Assembly (NCBI GenBank): GCA_965655095.1
Contig: OZ296649.1
Location: 80,290,001 to 80,354,000, forward strand
Direction: 5' to 3'
DNA: 64,000 nucleotides
Origin: Haplodiscus bocki
Taxonomy: Eukaryota
Part shown: piece by piece, positions 12,652 through 26,334 of the stretch
How positions within the stretch are numbered: position 1 is the stretch's first letter
How the letters are laid out: every line of letters starts with the position of its first letter
Position numbers and translations under genes: made by a program
Notes under the pieces: model-generated
Told to the model about the DNA's origin: nothing
What the model saw: only the letters and a program-made list of their open reading frames with translations
The model's database searches: none

Positions 12652-15600
12652 TTACTCCGTCTCATTGTTAAGGTTTCCATTGTATATGGTCTCAGGGGAA
12701 GACTTGTAAACTGCAACTCGCATTGGAGGCAGAGAGGAGACTCCTTTGATGTCATCAGAAATTTTCTCTGCAGTCATTATAGTAGCAGCATTCAAATTCC
12801 CACTAACCTGAAAAAAAAACAATGACATAATGACTAATAAGCACATTTGAGTATTGCTGGTTGAAATGGACTGTTCAGAGAAATTTGATCAACCACACCA
12901 ACAGTAAACTATCATGCTCCAAGCTAACAGATTTGCAATCAAAAACTTGTGCTATCTCTCAATTATTTCATAGCAAAAATTGAACTAACCATGCTGGGGA
13001 ATATACTTGAATCAACAACCCGCAAGCCTTCCACGCCAATAACTTTTCCGCCTGGAAGAACAACGCTCGCTTCGTGTGAATCTTCTTCCATCGCTTTTGA
13101 CTCAGGGCCCATTCTGCAAGTGCACGAATGATGATAGGCAGTATCTGCGTTATTCCTGATAAATTCTTCAACAGCTTCTTTTGACTGAATTTTTTCACCA
13201 GGAGAAACTTCAAAATCTGAACATCAAATTTGAAAAAACGCAAAAATGATTCTTTAGGTTGCCAATTCTGATATATGTAGAAACTTTACTACCTCTATAA
13301 GCATCAAAAGCAGGCTGTTTAAATATGTCTCTTGTAATTCGAATTGCGTCAACAAACTCAGTCAAATCTTCAGGTTCACTGAAGTAATTAGGATCAATCA
13401 AAGGAGCATCTCTTGGGTTTGCACTGACCAGCTTCAGAGTTCCTCTGCTCTTCGGTCTCAGGGTTCCAACATGCGCCTGCGAAACAGTGAAACTACTTTA
13501 ATTATTTAACATTGCACTCTAATTTATAGCAGACTTCCATTAAATTTCCTTCATTAGGGAGTTGGAAGGAGGTTTTACTTAACAGGTCCGAAAAATTTAC
13601 CTAGATGTCAAGGATTTACAATCAATTCTTTCATAGTGATTCTCAAAAGTTAAGAAAACGGTCTTTATTCAAGTTGAAACTCTTTCAAAATAGACTGGAA
13701 CAAAACTTAGCAACCTGGTAACATTCGAACGGAGGGGCAATTCTTCCATGATCGATTACAGTTGATGGCAAAAAATGGTATTGTATATTTGGATGAGGTA
13801 GTAGTGCGTTTGTTCTGATGAAGCCTCCTGACTCCATATGACTGCTTCCGCAAGGACCTTTCTGCGTCAGGAACCACTGCACTCCAATAAAAAGTTTCTT
13901 GGGATACCTTTGTGCACTGTACAAAGTCACAGGTTTAGCGCATTTGTGTTGAACGTACACTTCCAGGTGGTCCTGCAAATTCATTCCCACTCCTACAAAG
14001 GCATGCCAAAATGAACGCGAGGATTAGGATGCAATATATACCAATGCATGAAAAATTGCTTAAAGTTACCTGGTAAGTGTTGCATCACTTTAATGCCCAT
14101 GTCCTTGAGATGCTGCTGGTTTCCAATACCTGACAGCATCAATAATTGGGGCGACCCAATAGAACCAGCACTCAGAATGACTTCTTTGTGTGCCCGAATC
14201 TTGATAGGTTCCGATCCCACCGGCTGTTCGACCATCAACCCAACCGCTTTGTTGCCCTCAAAAATTACTTTGTTGACAACAACTTTCGTCAACGTACCTG
14301 AAATGTAGAATTTCAGAAAAAATCAATACTGAGTAGATTAGTCAATGCATGTTTTTAAAACAAAAAATTGTTTCCTAAATGCTATTTCAGGTGACTATCT
14401 GACCTGAAAATGATTTATACAGCTCGCAATTCTCAAAAACAGAAAACCAACAGTATACTAACTAAGTTGACTACGAGAAAGCGCGGGTCGCAAATAAGCG
14501 TTTGCTGTGCTCCACCGAACTCCCTTTCTCACAGTTAGATCCATCCAACCAACGCCTTCTTGTTGGTACCCGTTCTGATCGTCAGTGAAAGCAAACCCAG
14601 CTTCCTGGCCAGCCTTTATCCAGACGTCATGCAGCTCATTTCCAGAGCTGCCTCTAGAAACAAACAATGGCCCATCTCCACCTCTATATTTACTCGAACC
14701 GTATTGGTGTGTCTGAGATCGTTTAAAGTACGGAAGACAGTGGTGATAATCCCATATCATCCCAACACCCTCTTTGTACGCCCACCGATTGTAATCTTCC
14801 GCGTGACCCCGAACATAAGCCATTCCATTGATAGAAGAGGACCCACCCCAGCCTGTAACATGATTATTAGAAAAAAATCGTTCTCAAAAGTTTATCCACA
14901 AAAATTTTATGCCTACCTTTAGCTCATGATGAAAAAAGAACCCACGTGCTGAGTAATTCTAAATTTTTGCTGGAAAGTAAGTACTTTGACCAAATTTCAC
15001 TCATTTGACTAGCCGCCCAAATTTCAATATCGAAGGAAAATCTATCACTGTGCGGATTTTTTACGTCAACTTACCAATTGCGCGATTCTGGTAAAATTTC
15101 ACGACTTTGACAAACTTGCTTATAATGCGCCTAAAATTGAACAATTTTCGACCAAAATTTGAGGTTCTTTGAAAGAAAACCTGATTTTTTCTGGGTGGTA
15201 GCAAATTTGCCGTAGGATGCGAATAAAATGGTCGGTATGTAATACAATTTTTGGGCCGATTTTTTCCCGGACCGGAATGTTTTTTAAACATCTTTTTTGC
15301 TCGCATGCAATAAGAAGATTTTTGAACAAGTTTCAAGTCGATTGAGAAGCATTTGAGGGTGAAATCTCAAAAAAAAACGATGTTTCTATCAGTACTAAAA
15401 CCTTCCGGTTTTTCAAAAGTTTTATTATTTTCCGCCCAAATTTAAATATGGAAGCAAAATCATCCACTCAACGGGTGCGTTTTTTCAACGATTACTTGCC
15501 AGTTCATGATTCATAAGATATTATGAGTTTGAACATTTTTACCACCAAATTATAGCAAATTTGTAGTAGAATGAGATTGAAATAGTAGGGTTTCTTGAAA

Positions 15601-16384
15601 CGTATGAAGAAAGGGTTTCTTACTGAAAAGTATTTTGAAAAATGAAATTTTTAAATATTGGAAAAGTAGCAAATTTGTTGTTGAATGCGGATAAAATGTA
15701 ATATTTCTTATAAATGCCTTTTGCAATCAAAATTTTGGGTTTTTTTAATGAAAACTCCGATTTTTTTTTGAAAAAATGGCCAATGTGATAGAGAACGCAA
15801 ATAGAAGGGTAATTTTTCCTTATTTTCCGAAAAAGTGCATTTTAAAAAAGTCGGAGGGCCGAAAATATTCCGGTGGTAGCCGGGCGTCTTGTTTTCTTAA
15901 AATGGGCGTCTAAAATTAATCTTTGGCAAATTTGTAAGGCAAAAAACCGTGCTGCTAGCTAGGCGTTTTAATTTGCATCATTCTATCTTATTTCAGCATA
16001 CAAGCAAGATACATTGTTCTCCATTAGCCGTTCTTTTAAAACAACACGGCACATCTCAGTTGAACGTCATATACGACATGAAAGTTCGATTAAAGCAGGA
16101 CTAAAGAGAAATAGACGCATAATCAACCAACCTTTTCCACGGGGACAGTAAATGTTTCTATTGTTCATTTGCTTTTGGGGAACAGAGTAATAATTCCAGT
16201 TGAACTTAGTTGTGTCATTTCCCAGATTATACATCAAGGCAACTGGCATGTGCACTGTCCAAGAATAGTCTCGAGGCCCAGCTTCTACAAAACATATCTT
16301 ATCTTCATTTAAAAGGTTACTTCCTCACCGAGATAGCAAGTACTGAATGCAGCAGCTGCTTCGAGCAAGTTTTGCACACTTCAT
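12652..16384 (-). CDS. CHDH: Choline dehydrogenase-like GMC oxidoreductase, spliced; 5' end apparently defective
   Basis: GT-AG exons join in frame: ~16310-16132, 14852-14463, 14297-14070, 13992-13715, 13476-13293, 13216-12990, 12807-12652. Motifs: VEAGPRD, PRGKGWGGSSSINGMAYVRG, EVILSAGSIGSPQLLMLSGIG, GMNLQDHLEVY, AYHHSCTCRMG (catalytic His), SGNLNA (Asn). Putative first exon 16384-16329. Confidence 0.9.
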
Positions 16385-16689
16385 GACACATTTTCCTCTC
16401 AATATCAAGCATTGACATAACTTAACGAACGTTTTTAATTATTCCAACTGGTATGCATGAAATGATCATGTTTCAACAAGAACTTTACAGGCAGCTAAGT
16501 TGAGATGAAACTGAAATCAAAACTTTCCAAGAGAATTTAATGTACACAAGTTTATTAAATGCAAAAATGTCCACCGGTATATTCAGTGCAAAATGTCCAC
16601 CGGTCCACATTTTCACAGGTTAATTTTGGATAGAAATACTCCATTTTTGCTTCAAAACAAATGGTCAACATGGGCATTCTCCAACAAGA

Positions 16690-17280
16690 AATAGGAGCAA
16701 AAATTTTACCACACAGAGCCGATGTGAACTTCGCAACACATTCTGACTTGCCAGCTGAGATCACGGACCCCGAAATACGTCTGACATCATGATTGCACGT
16801 GATTAGACACTTTTAGAATTACTACACCAGCTGTCAATCAAATTTTATTGAAAACGTTGAATTAAAACAAGTACCTGTCACAGTGTCCCATACTTGAAAT
16901 GTTGACGTGTCAATCATGTCTATTCAGGTTACGACATTTTGCTGTCCAACGCTTAAGGAGTTTGCACAGTAAATAATACAAAAATGAACTAATATCTGCC
17001 TGATTTTCTCATATTCAAAACATTGACGCCAATCAAGTTTTTTTTTCAGGTTACGCCATTGTGATGTCCAATGTTGAATCGAATTGCACAGTGAACAACG
17101 CGAGAATGACCATGTATTTAGCAAAAGGGGACCGTTTTTGAACGTTTACACTAGACAGTCTGATGATGTCAAAAAATGCAAGTTTTGAATAGGATAAAAA
17201 ACTGGACATAAGCCAGTTTCAACTCACATTCTTCCTTTCAGTCAGAATGTGTGAAAACATGGCTATCAAGGCTGCTAATC
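16690..17280 (+). repeat. Interspersed repeat family A, copy 1
   Basis: TTCGCAACACATTCTGACTTG and AAACAAGTACCTGTCACAGTGTCCCATACTTGAAA are shared with ~24440-25000 and partly with ~17900-18065. Confidence 0.75.
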
Positions 17281-17292
17281 ATTAAGCGCTAA

Positions 17293-17433
17293 NNNNNNNN
17301 NNNNNNNNNNNNNNNNNNNNNNNNNNNNNNNNNNNNNNNNNNNNNNNNNNNNNNNNNNNNNNNNNNNNNNNNNNNNNNNNNNNNNNNNNNNNNNNNNNNN
17401 NNNNNNNNNNNNNNNNNNNNNNNNNNNNNNNNN
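17293..17433. other. Assembly gap (141 N)
   Basis: Run of n. Confidence 1.
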
Positions 17434-17899
17434 GAAGCCATTTTAAAAAAGCATGAACGATCATGCTGGTAAATTGACAAATTTCCGAGGAATATTGATT
17501 CACTTAACTTGAAAGAACTGAACTATTTTACAGCCATTTGAAAAAAAAATTATCTGCATTTCATCCCTTCAAAAGCGTACGAAAGTAAATAGAGAGCTCA
17601 GCAGAATTAGTAGAATGAATGATTTTCACAGCCGGGATTACCAAAAAGTAAGAATACTCAGACTACTCTACTCACTCTAAAATTTGTTCGTTCGCTTTCT
17701 CCATTATTCACTGCAGTGAAATTCGCGAAAAAAGTCGAAGCTAAGAAAAAAACAAACTAATATTAATGTGCTTTAAGCTATTGCTTTATGCCTGAAAATC
17801 CTGACTACTTGGGACAAAAAACTTGAAATATAATTAAAGATCAAATGAAACTATCAGCTGGGGGAACATGTTCGAAAGCTTCGATCGATATCAATCAAG

Positions 17900-18065
17900 A
17901 TCAATATACACATTTCAAACAAATTTACAGAGGCGAAGCGGAACTTCGCAACACATTCTGACTTGTGAGTTGATATCAAACATGTCGATAGACATTTGAA
18001 AACATGATCCGAGATGTGAGTTCCAGATTTAGAACTGCTACACCAGCTGTCAATCAAATTTTTGA
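17900..18065 (+). repeat. Interspersed repeat family A, partial copy 2
   Basis: GAACTTCGCAACACATTCTGACTTG...CTACACCAGCTGTCAATCAAATTTT matches ~16727-16846. Confidence 0.7.
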
Positions 18066-18479
18066 AAAAACAAGCGCACTAAGACGTATGGAGGAGGTTC
18101 GCTTTTGGTTAGTAGATCCCGTGATAAGAATGCAGTTTGAAGAACTGTAGACAAGGGTATTCGCAGCTATGACATGTGTTTTTATCCCATTCTTCTATCA
18201 GGACGTGTTTCTAGCTCATTCTATTAGGACAACTAATAAAAATGTTCCAGCACAAGTCTCACTAAAAAAGGGAAAGGTCGAGAATTTTCAAATCAATATT
18301 TGCAAAAATGAACATGAATATTTTAATGTACCCAAAAAGATGATTTGCGCAATCGCAACTAAAATGTTAAATTTTGGAGGCGAACTAGGGACAAAAACCA
18401 ATAAAGGCATAATCAGCAAATTTTGCTGTCTGAAAGTATTGTTTGTGTACGTTTAATGATGATCAGAATTGTCATGTTT

Positions 18480-19520
18480 CAGAATTCTGAACTCCTTTCC
18501 AGGTTTGGGCGTTTCGCATTTCATGTTCCATCCGCGTGGACGAGGCTCTTCTTCAGCAGGTTTCACCTTCCCGGCGTTCTGAAAGCTTTTTACCAATTAA
18601 CGGTTGTTTCTGTGAGTTTTTCTTCCGGGGGAGTCACTGATTCAGATTTTACCGCTACAGGTGTTGGTGTCATAACCGTTGTCTCGGCTTAATTACCGGA
18701 CAATCCGCGATGACTGAAAACGGCTTCTCTGATGACTTGAACCCTTCGTGACTCCAACTACGCGCATTTTTTATTGCCGCCTTTGTTCGCACTAATTTCC
18801 GTGCAATCAAGCCTTTTGTATGCGTTATTTCACTGGTACCAGTCCCCGCCATCGGACCACTTGATGTTTACTCGTCTGCTTCACATTGACTGCCACCGCG
18901 ATTCAGCATATCACATTTTGAAATCTCATCTTACCCTTTTTTGGGAGCAAGGAAATTATATGCAAGGACTCAGCGACCACTTCCCCTTCCTGGGTGAGAT
19001 AGTTGCATCCAGTTGGGAGCCACGTGCTCTTTCGCGAACCGAAATGGTAGATTCCAGATCGTTTGGAGTATAATCCAATTCTTTATCTTCAGCTGAAAAA
19101 GCATCAGGTACTTCTGTAATCAATCTTCTCACCCTACTAGAAGGCTTTTTCGTATGGCCACTGTCTTCCTTTCACCCTATTTTCTCTATACGCGAAAAGA
19201 ACTTCCGTCAGGATCTCTTTCAAGCACTAATGTAGTATTTGTACACAGCTCTTCATTGGATTAGTCTTTCGACTTTCCCATTTCCTTCATGATCACCCAC
19301 GCTACACTCAATCTTTTCAATTTGATCTTCAAATGACTGTTTCATTTCACAATTCACCTCTTGTTGCAGCTGGATTGGATCTTTCCTCCACTTAAGGTGT
19401 TCGAGTCACCTCTTTTAATCTAATTTTCAATTCGAGTCCGGTCATTTTTCCTTGTATTGTAACTCTTCAAAATCTTCAGAAGTCACTTGATTTTGTTTAC
19501 ACACCCACTGTCAATTGATT
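18480..19520 (-). mobile_element. Degraded LTR-retrotransposon integrase and C-terminal tail remnant
   Basis: Minus strand ~19330-19250 reads IEKIECSVGDHEGNGKVERLIQ, resembling the rve 'NG.VER' third catalytic motif. Surrounding frames are broken. Boundaries approximate. Confidence 0.45.
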
Positions 19521-20999
19521 GTACTCACTATCGACTGGTGGTCTGCATTGAAATGACGTAATCTAATCGCGTCCCAGTATCGAGTTTTTGCCTTCCGGTG
19601 TGACCAAAAAGCGTACACGCTTTACTTGTCGACTCCCAACTTTCACATGACATTTAACAACCAGAAATTTCTAACTGTTTTTGATTGAAATTCGCGTATA
19701 CATAGCCTTTCGGTGATACAAAAAGTTGAGTTTTCAAAATATTCTATGGGTTAGACTACGTAGAAATGGCGAGAGGAGGTCCTGAAGGATCGTAGCTTCA
19801 AAATGCCTCTCTTTTACTTTCCTTGTCATTGCAAAGGGTTCACGGTCATCTCGACACCATTTAATCTACGTTTTGTCAGGAACTATCTTCCGCGCTTTCG
19901 TCCCCCACTATAAACACCAGTCTCGTCGCCAGCTAATTTTTTTGAACTTGCTGAGAAAAATTAGCAAAATAGCCTACTCCGTCAAACTTAGTAATATTCT
20001 CTTCTGCCCGACACTTTCAAATTAGCTGGAGTAAAATTCGCGTGGCAGCGATAACTGTTTGTTTCGAATTAACTTCCCCAATATATACTTCACTTGGTTC
20101 CACTCTGACTTGGTTCGTCCTCTAAGCACCTCTTCCGAGTGACTTGTATTCTCACTCCTTCTTCTTAGGCTATTGAAAAAAGCTCAACACTTCTTGTGTC
20201 CTCTTTGGTTCGGTGCGTAATCCTCTACTAAAAGAAAACGTTTCCTATGTTAAGCAGAAGGATGACATGCACAAACTTTTCGTTTGCCCTCGACATCACA
20301 TTCACCGCTAAACCATCAGTGACTTTTTGTGGAATTGTTCCGAAGACTCAACTGAACTTTGTTTTCGAGAGAAAAACTTGAACCTATCAAGAGTTTTGTT
20401 CCTTGGTACGTCGAACATTCATTACCACAATGTAACAAACTTTCCCAGTCCATTGCAATCTCAACAGAGAATTTATCCCAGAATAAGTTTCTGGTTGCAG
20501 TACCTGAAGAACACGCTTACTGTCTTTTTCGCCAGCTGTACTCCAAGAGCCCCTATAAATGCCAATTCTATCTTCCCGTGTAGATTTCAAAAGTTCTTGC
20601 TGCGAAACACTTGCGCCAGCGGAATGCTAGTGAACAAAACGAGTAATCATTAACTGAGTTTTGAAGTGCCACGACAATACGAGTACTACTGATAACAAGT
20701 ACACAGAAACTCAGTCATTTCTTCTACACTTATATACAAGAAGTAAGCAACGCTATATAATTTCATTCGCTTGATAAAATTTATGACAACACTTATTCTG
20801 AAGCGGCAATGGCACAAACAGTAGACGATGCGAATATGGCGCGAAAAGTCCCAGGTTCGCGCCTATGACACTCCTCCTCTTTGGCCGAAAGTACGAATTT
20901 GTGTGAGGTTTTGTTACAAATGAGGGTTTTTCATTCGAGAACGTATCAAACATAAACGACCGACAACGCCAGGAGGCTCAATCATGACACAGAGACTAG

Positions 21000-22455
21000 T
21001 TTACTTTACAGTGATTGAGTTTGAAGAAGTTGTAGCAGTAGCGTTTGAAACAACTGATGCAATTGTAGCCAAAAGGCTGATTTGGGGAGCGAAAGAACAA
21101 AAACTTTACGGAAAATAGCAAACTATCGCAGTTTAAGGTCATTCCTGGAGTACAAGAAGTACCTTTTTGCGTGAAATTTTCGGGAAACACACATTTCTGG
21201 AAACACACTTTGGAAGGCAAACGAGCAAAATTACGCACAATCGTACATTTTGCTATTTTTGCTGATTAAAAAAACTAAAAACGGCCCTTCTCAAGTATAA
21301 GGTCCAATATTTCATGCAAAATCCTTTATTTGTGTTTTCAATGCAGTTGTAGCCGAAAAACAAAATTACCAGGCAACCAAGCGGAACTTCCGTAAGAGAC
21401 GAAAAACTAGATAATTCTTAACATCAAAACAACGAAAAGTCCCCTAAGGAACAGTTAAGAAGCTTCCTTCTGTAGTTATCGATATTTTCAATGCTGCATA
21501 GTCGCAGGATGGTTAAGGGAGGCAAAAGTGCGCAAAATTTGAGGAAAACGCGATATTAGCTACTCGGGCTTATTTCATAGCATCAAAAACTCCATTTGAG
21601 CCAATCAAAAAGCCTCCAAAAACTTCAAAACATCTACTGTGACAAAGTTTGAGCTTCCTGTTGTCTTTGCTGGGACGTGCTGCTAAAAGTTGATGTTGAA
21701 ATCGGAATTGCGAAAATTTTGACAAAATCGGGAAATTAGCTCAACTTGGCGCTACTTTAAAACACTAAAAACACCCATTTTTGATAGTGACTTTCAACAT
21801 TCGGAATAATTCCGCGAAACTGAAAGTCTTGTACTAAATTAGGCTGCATGCCCAGTTGAAAAGATGAATTGCCAGCCAAATTAGTGAAAATCGCGAAAAA
21901 GCTATTTTTATACACTGAACTTACAATTTTTTTCGTTTTTTTCCGAACAAAAACCGTAAAAAAATTCGAATTACTTTCGCTGGTGTTAACTTTGTCAGCA
22001 CCCTTCCGAAAACTATGGAGTTGTGGGGAAAAATCAAAAAATGGGGCGAAAGTAGCAAAATTCAATTTAAACTGTCGAAAAAGTCAGCTCAAAGTGATAA
22101 ACTGAGTTTTTAAACCAATTTGAAATCTCGAGAATAGTCAATAAATTCAATCCGGAGTGAACTTGCAAAAAAATCCTCAACGCAGAAAGCATCTCAGCTG
22201 ATTGAGAAATTAGGTCATTTTTCCAAAAAAAAATACGCCAAATTGAGAAAAAGGAAAATATTGAGCTCAGAAAAAATTTGCCCGAGATGGGATTGGAACC
22301 CGGACGGTCCAGTACCAAGCGCACATGCCTGTCGTCATTAATAAGCAGCCGAAATGATCTATGATTTTGACCGATTCACCTCACTATCATCTTGTGGGAG
22401 GGAACGATGCGGTAAAAAAACGTGGGTGGACCATAATAAGCCTGCGTTTGCCAAC
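21000..22455. repeat. Interspersed repeat family B (~1.4 kb) with a tRNA-like segment, copy 1
   Basis: Collinear with ~58220-59580 (AAAGGCTGATTT.GGGAGCGAA, GCAAACTATCGCAGTTT, GGAGTGAACTTGCAAAA, CACTATCATCTTG). B-box-like GGGATTGGAACCCGG at ~22289. Confidence 0.75.
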
Positions 22456-23348
22456 TCAATCAACAACAACTGCTCATTTTAGGGTTCTGTTATAGATCGC
22501 TCTCGACCACAAGTCTTGGTCAATTCGCTTTCCGCCTCTAAGAAAATGGGAGTTATAATACACATTCTTTATCTACTCTCGGTCAGAATGTTCTCAAATA
22601 TATTTTCTCATTTTAAATTGGCCGGAACAACAATCTAAATGAATTAGGCATCTTTTGACGCTGGCATGTACAACTAGTAAATTTTCAAATTGACAATTTT
22701 GACCCTCCATATGTCTGCAGAAACGGTCGAGCTGAGCTACAAAAATAGAAAAGCTTCGGCTTCCATATTAAAACGGAAACGTGAAAAGAATGCTCCACTC
22801 CAATCAATTTGTATAGTACGTTTCCCGATTGGCCTTGATTAGAAATGAGAAAAATATAACAAAATACGATTTTCTAGATGTTAGAGCTGTGGTAGGAAAA
22901 GAAAAACTCCAAAAGCATTAATGTCATTTTTTTTGTCAAAAATTCTAAAACTCAGTCCTTAACAGCATTAGTGATACATCCTTAAGCTTGAAAAAAAGGT
23001 AATCTAATATCATGTTTCTATAATTAGGTCGCTCCCTATAAACAGAAGCCGGTCTGTAGTATTGACTTTCCATCTTTTTGCAGCGCTTGCGAACCAGAGG
23101 TGTGTTAACGACAGCGACGCTATTAGCGAATTTTGGAAATTCGAGATTCTCCGTCCATTCAGAAAAACATTCCAGTATTCCAAATGCTTGAAACATTTGT
23201 CAGAAGCTTGTCGTTCAAATACGTTACATGCAACGCAAAGAAAGAAGCCTGCTAACTTTGGGGACGCATTTTTGTGTGGCTGATTCCTTTTGAACCGCAA
23301 AGCGATTTCGTTACCCTGCTATTACCCCGGCAAAAAGGGTAGTGCTAT

Positions 23349-23672
23349 TACCCTGGTTAATCTGTCTGACAAAAGTAGCAAGATTCTTGGAAGTTTCTTG
23401 CAATATAATGCATTATTCTTGCCGAAAATTGCAAAAAGTTCATGAAATGCAAAGTCTTGGAAGATTCTGGCAAGAGACTTCTGGTTTGTCCTGCAAGAAA
23501 TGTCTGTTCAGCAGATCAGAAGTTTCCTTGCAAGATTCTTTCAAAGAAACTTGCAAGCTTTTTCTGTACTTGCAAGAAAACTCCGTTGTTGTAAGATTCT
23601 TGCAAGTATTCTCTGATGCGAGCCTTTCTTGTAAGATCTTTTCAAGATATCTCTGGAGGATCATCTTGGGTA
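23349..23672. repeat. MITE-like element rich in the palindromic word TCTTGCAAGA
   Basis: Ends TACCC...GGGTA. About ten variants of (T)CTTGCAAG(A) inside. No coding capacity. Confidence 0.5.
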
Positions 23673-24439
23673 ATTTCTGGGTTAATAATATTAAGTATAA
23701 CTTAGAATCCTTGATAATGCCATTGTTGACTAGCAGTAGCGATTTGTTAGCGGTTGTCAGTAGCGGTAACTAGCTAATAGCGATTATTCCAATAGTGGCA
23801 TTAGCTGATAGCGATTTTTCATTAGCGAAACACACCTCTGCTGCGAACATACAGCTGTTCTGGACACTTTCGTTGATTGAGAGTCAGTCATTGTTCTCTA
23901 TTTTGACAGCAGTTACTTCAAAGGCACTTCGGACCCCACTGAAAACCAAAGGGAGCACGAAATAGAACTAAAAAAAGTACGCCACAACAAATTTTCTCAT
24001 GTTACTCCGACAAAAATAACTAGGCAGAAAGTTGGGACATTTTCACATGACTAAAGGCTCCCACAATGAAAGGCCAACATGAAAGATTTTCGCAAAATGC
24101 GAATTTTTGGGCTATTAATATGTTCCAAAAGCAAAAGCTTCCTAAACCTCTAATGCTACGCCGACCAATATTTTGAAAACTTTGGTCTGCGCCTACTTTT
24201 GCGATGCGCTCAACAAGATACTATGCAGCCAATTATATGGAATTCAAGCACGCCGGAAAACCTACGCCACAAACACACCGGAAAGGCTACATCGCAAACA
24301 CGCTGGAAAAGCAACGTCGACACTCGATATCGGTTTCAAAAATTGAGGGATGGTAGCATGACAAATTGTAGCATCTGCGTTTTCAAACTTTTCTAATGGA
24401 GGAAACTTTTTTTAATGGAGTAATGAAAACTTTGGCACT

Positions 24440-25000
24440 TGGGTTCCGGAAAAAAAATCAAACGGCACATAGGCGATGCAGAATTCGCAACATATTCTGA
24501 CTTGTCAGTTGAGATCAAACATCCTAAAATACCTCTGAAACGATAATCAGAGATGTGATTACACACTTTTACAATAATTACACTAGCTTTCAATCACTTT
24601 TTTTTTTAAAAAAGTCGAATCGAAACAAGTACCTGTCACAGTGTCCCATACTTGAAAAGTTGATTTGTCAATCATGTCTTTTTAGGTTACGCCATTTTGC
24701 AGGTCACAGTTTAAGAAAATTGCTCAGTGAAGAACTCGAAAATGATCAAATTACCGCTCACACTCTCTAATATCCAAAACATTGACATTCTTATGACGCT
24801 GCTCTTCATTTTCAGACGAATGTTTGAAAAATAGCAATTTTTTCAAAGCGAAAATAAACAACTACCTGGCAAATGTCCGAAAAGAGGAAGTTTTTGACCG
24901 TTTACATTTGATTACTAGACTTTGATGACATCAAAATTGACAGTTTTGAGCAGGATTAAAAAAACTAGGCAAAGGCCCGTTAAGTCAGAATGTTTAAGAG
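24440..25000 (+). repeat. Interspersed repeat family A, copy 3
   Basis: Collinear with 16690-17280. Confidence 0.75.
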
Positions 25001-26030
25001 GATCAGGAAAAAATTGCAAAGAACTCTGAAGGAAATGTTATGGCGGCCTGGCGAAATATGGCTATTTTTACGTATCTTCAAAAGAGGGCAAAATACAGCT
25101 TTTCTTGTGATTCGAACATGAAACCTATGCATTCGGATCTCTTTCGTCTAAACCAATATGCCACGAAGCCAATGATTTCTACCAATTCTGAGCAAAAACT
25201 ATTTAACTTGAATTGGCTCTAAAAAATGGTCCTTTGGTTATCTCACGAAAAAAAGTTTGACTAATTTTGCACAAAGATTCATCTCCGAGCACAGACATTT
25301 CCCCTTCGTGCACTTTTGGGAGTGAAAAGATAGTTCCTCTGAAAGATTAATTTGCCTTTGACATAACAATTCCAAGCAGTTTAATAAATTATTAAGTAAA
25401 TCATTGCACGTGACAGAGGGAAGCAACCAGATAGAGGCACAAAATTTGAGAGTTGTTGTGTAATGCAAATATTAGAACTACGATTGCACATATCAAGAGT
25501 CCTCCACATTTTTGCAACCCCCGCAACTAACCAATCTAAATTACTGCCGTTTTTAAAAAGAGTGCGAGTCTGCTCTAATTATACGTCAACTCTGACCACA
25601 TAAATACACTAATGATTTTGATTAAGTCAACTCCTGAGCGAAAGTTAAAGTTTGGAGGCCAATTACTCAAAGCACGACAGTTTATCGAGAGAACAGAAAG
25701 ACGAAGAGTTTTAGATTTTTCAGATTTTGTGTTTTTTGTTTTGAAATCGGAACACTCGTTAAAAAGTTATGACCACCGTAATTTTGGTCAAATTTGAGCT
25801 TTTCCAAAAACTTCAACACATTCAAAAGATGCAAGCATTTTTCAAATGAAACCATTTAGCTTTCAATCTCGCCTGAATTACCGGATTTTTATATCTTTGA
25901 AAAATTCTTACTTCAAAAGTTCACGCCTACAAAGTGAAGTGCAATCGCTACACCCCATTTTAACACATGGAAAAAGCATTTTGGCACCTAAGACCGTGAA
26001 TTCTCTAAAGTTTTATCTCCAAAAGAGGAA

Positions 26031-26180
26031 AGTAGTTATAAGTGAGCAGTAGTGGCGGGTCGAAAGAGACGAGGTCTGTTAGCGGGATTCGAACGCGCTC
26101 GAACGAAGTGGAAAAGTAAATCCGGCCGGCGGTCGTATCCGCGGCGTCACGGGAGCTATTAATCCGCGGACCGGGAGTTA
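26031..26180 (+). repeat. Polinton left TIR
   Basis: Reverse complement of ~55470-55619. Includes the exact 29-nt core CACGGGAGCTATTAATCCGCGGACCGGGA; the outer part is visibly diverged. Confidence 0.95.
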
Positions 26181-26334
26181 TTAAAATCCTTCACCGTACG
26201 TTCGTTGCACCCGGTCGGAGTCGTTGACGTATCGCTGTTCAGAAAAACATATCCCTCTTCCATTGATTGGACGACAACCTTCTCTTCCAGGATTTTGCTC
26301 ATTCATTAAGAGCTGAAAACTTACAGAGACAATA

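Noticed and set aside
17282-17503. ORFs spanning X residues
   Set aside because: Artefacts of the N gap.
19922-19931. TGGCGACGAG (minus strand) as PBS of the 18.5-19.5 kb remnant
   Set aside because: No adjacent CA-ended LTR or LTR pair could be found.
23342-23773. 143-aa ORF
   Set aside because: Produced by the TCTTGCAAGA-rich repeat; non-ATG start.
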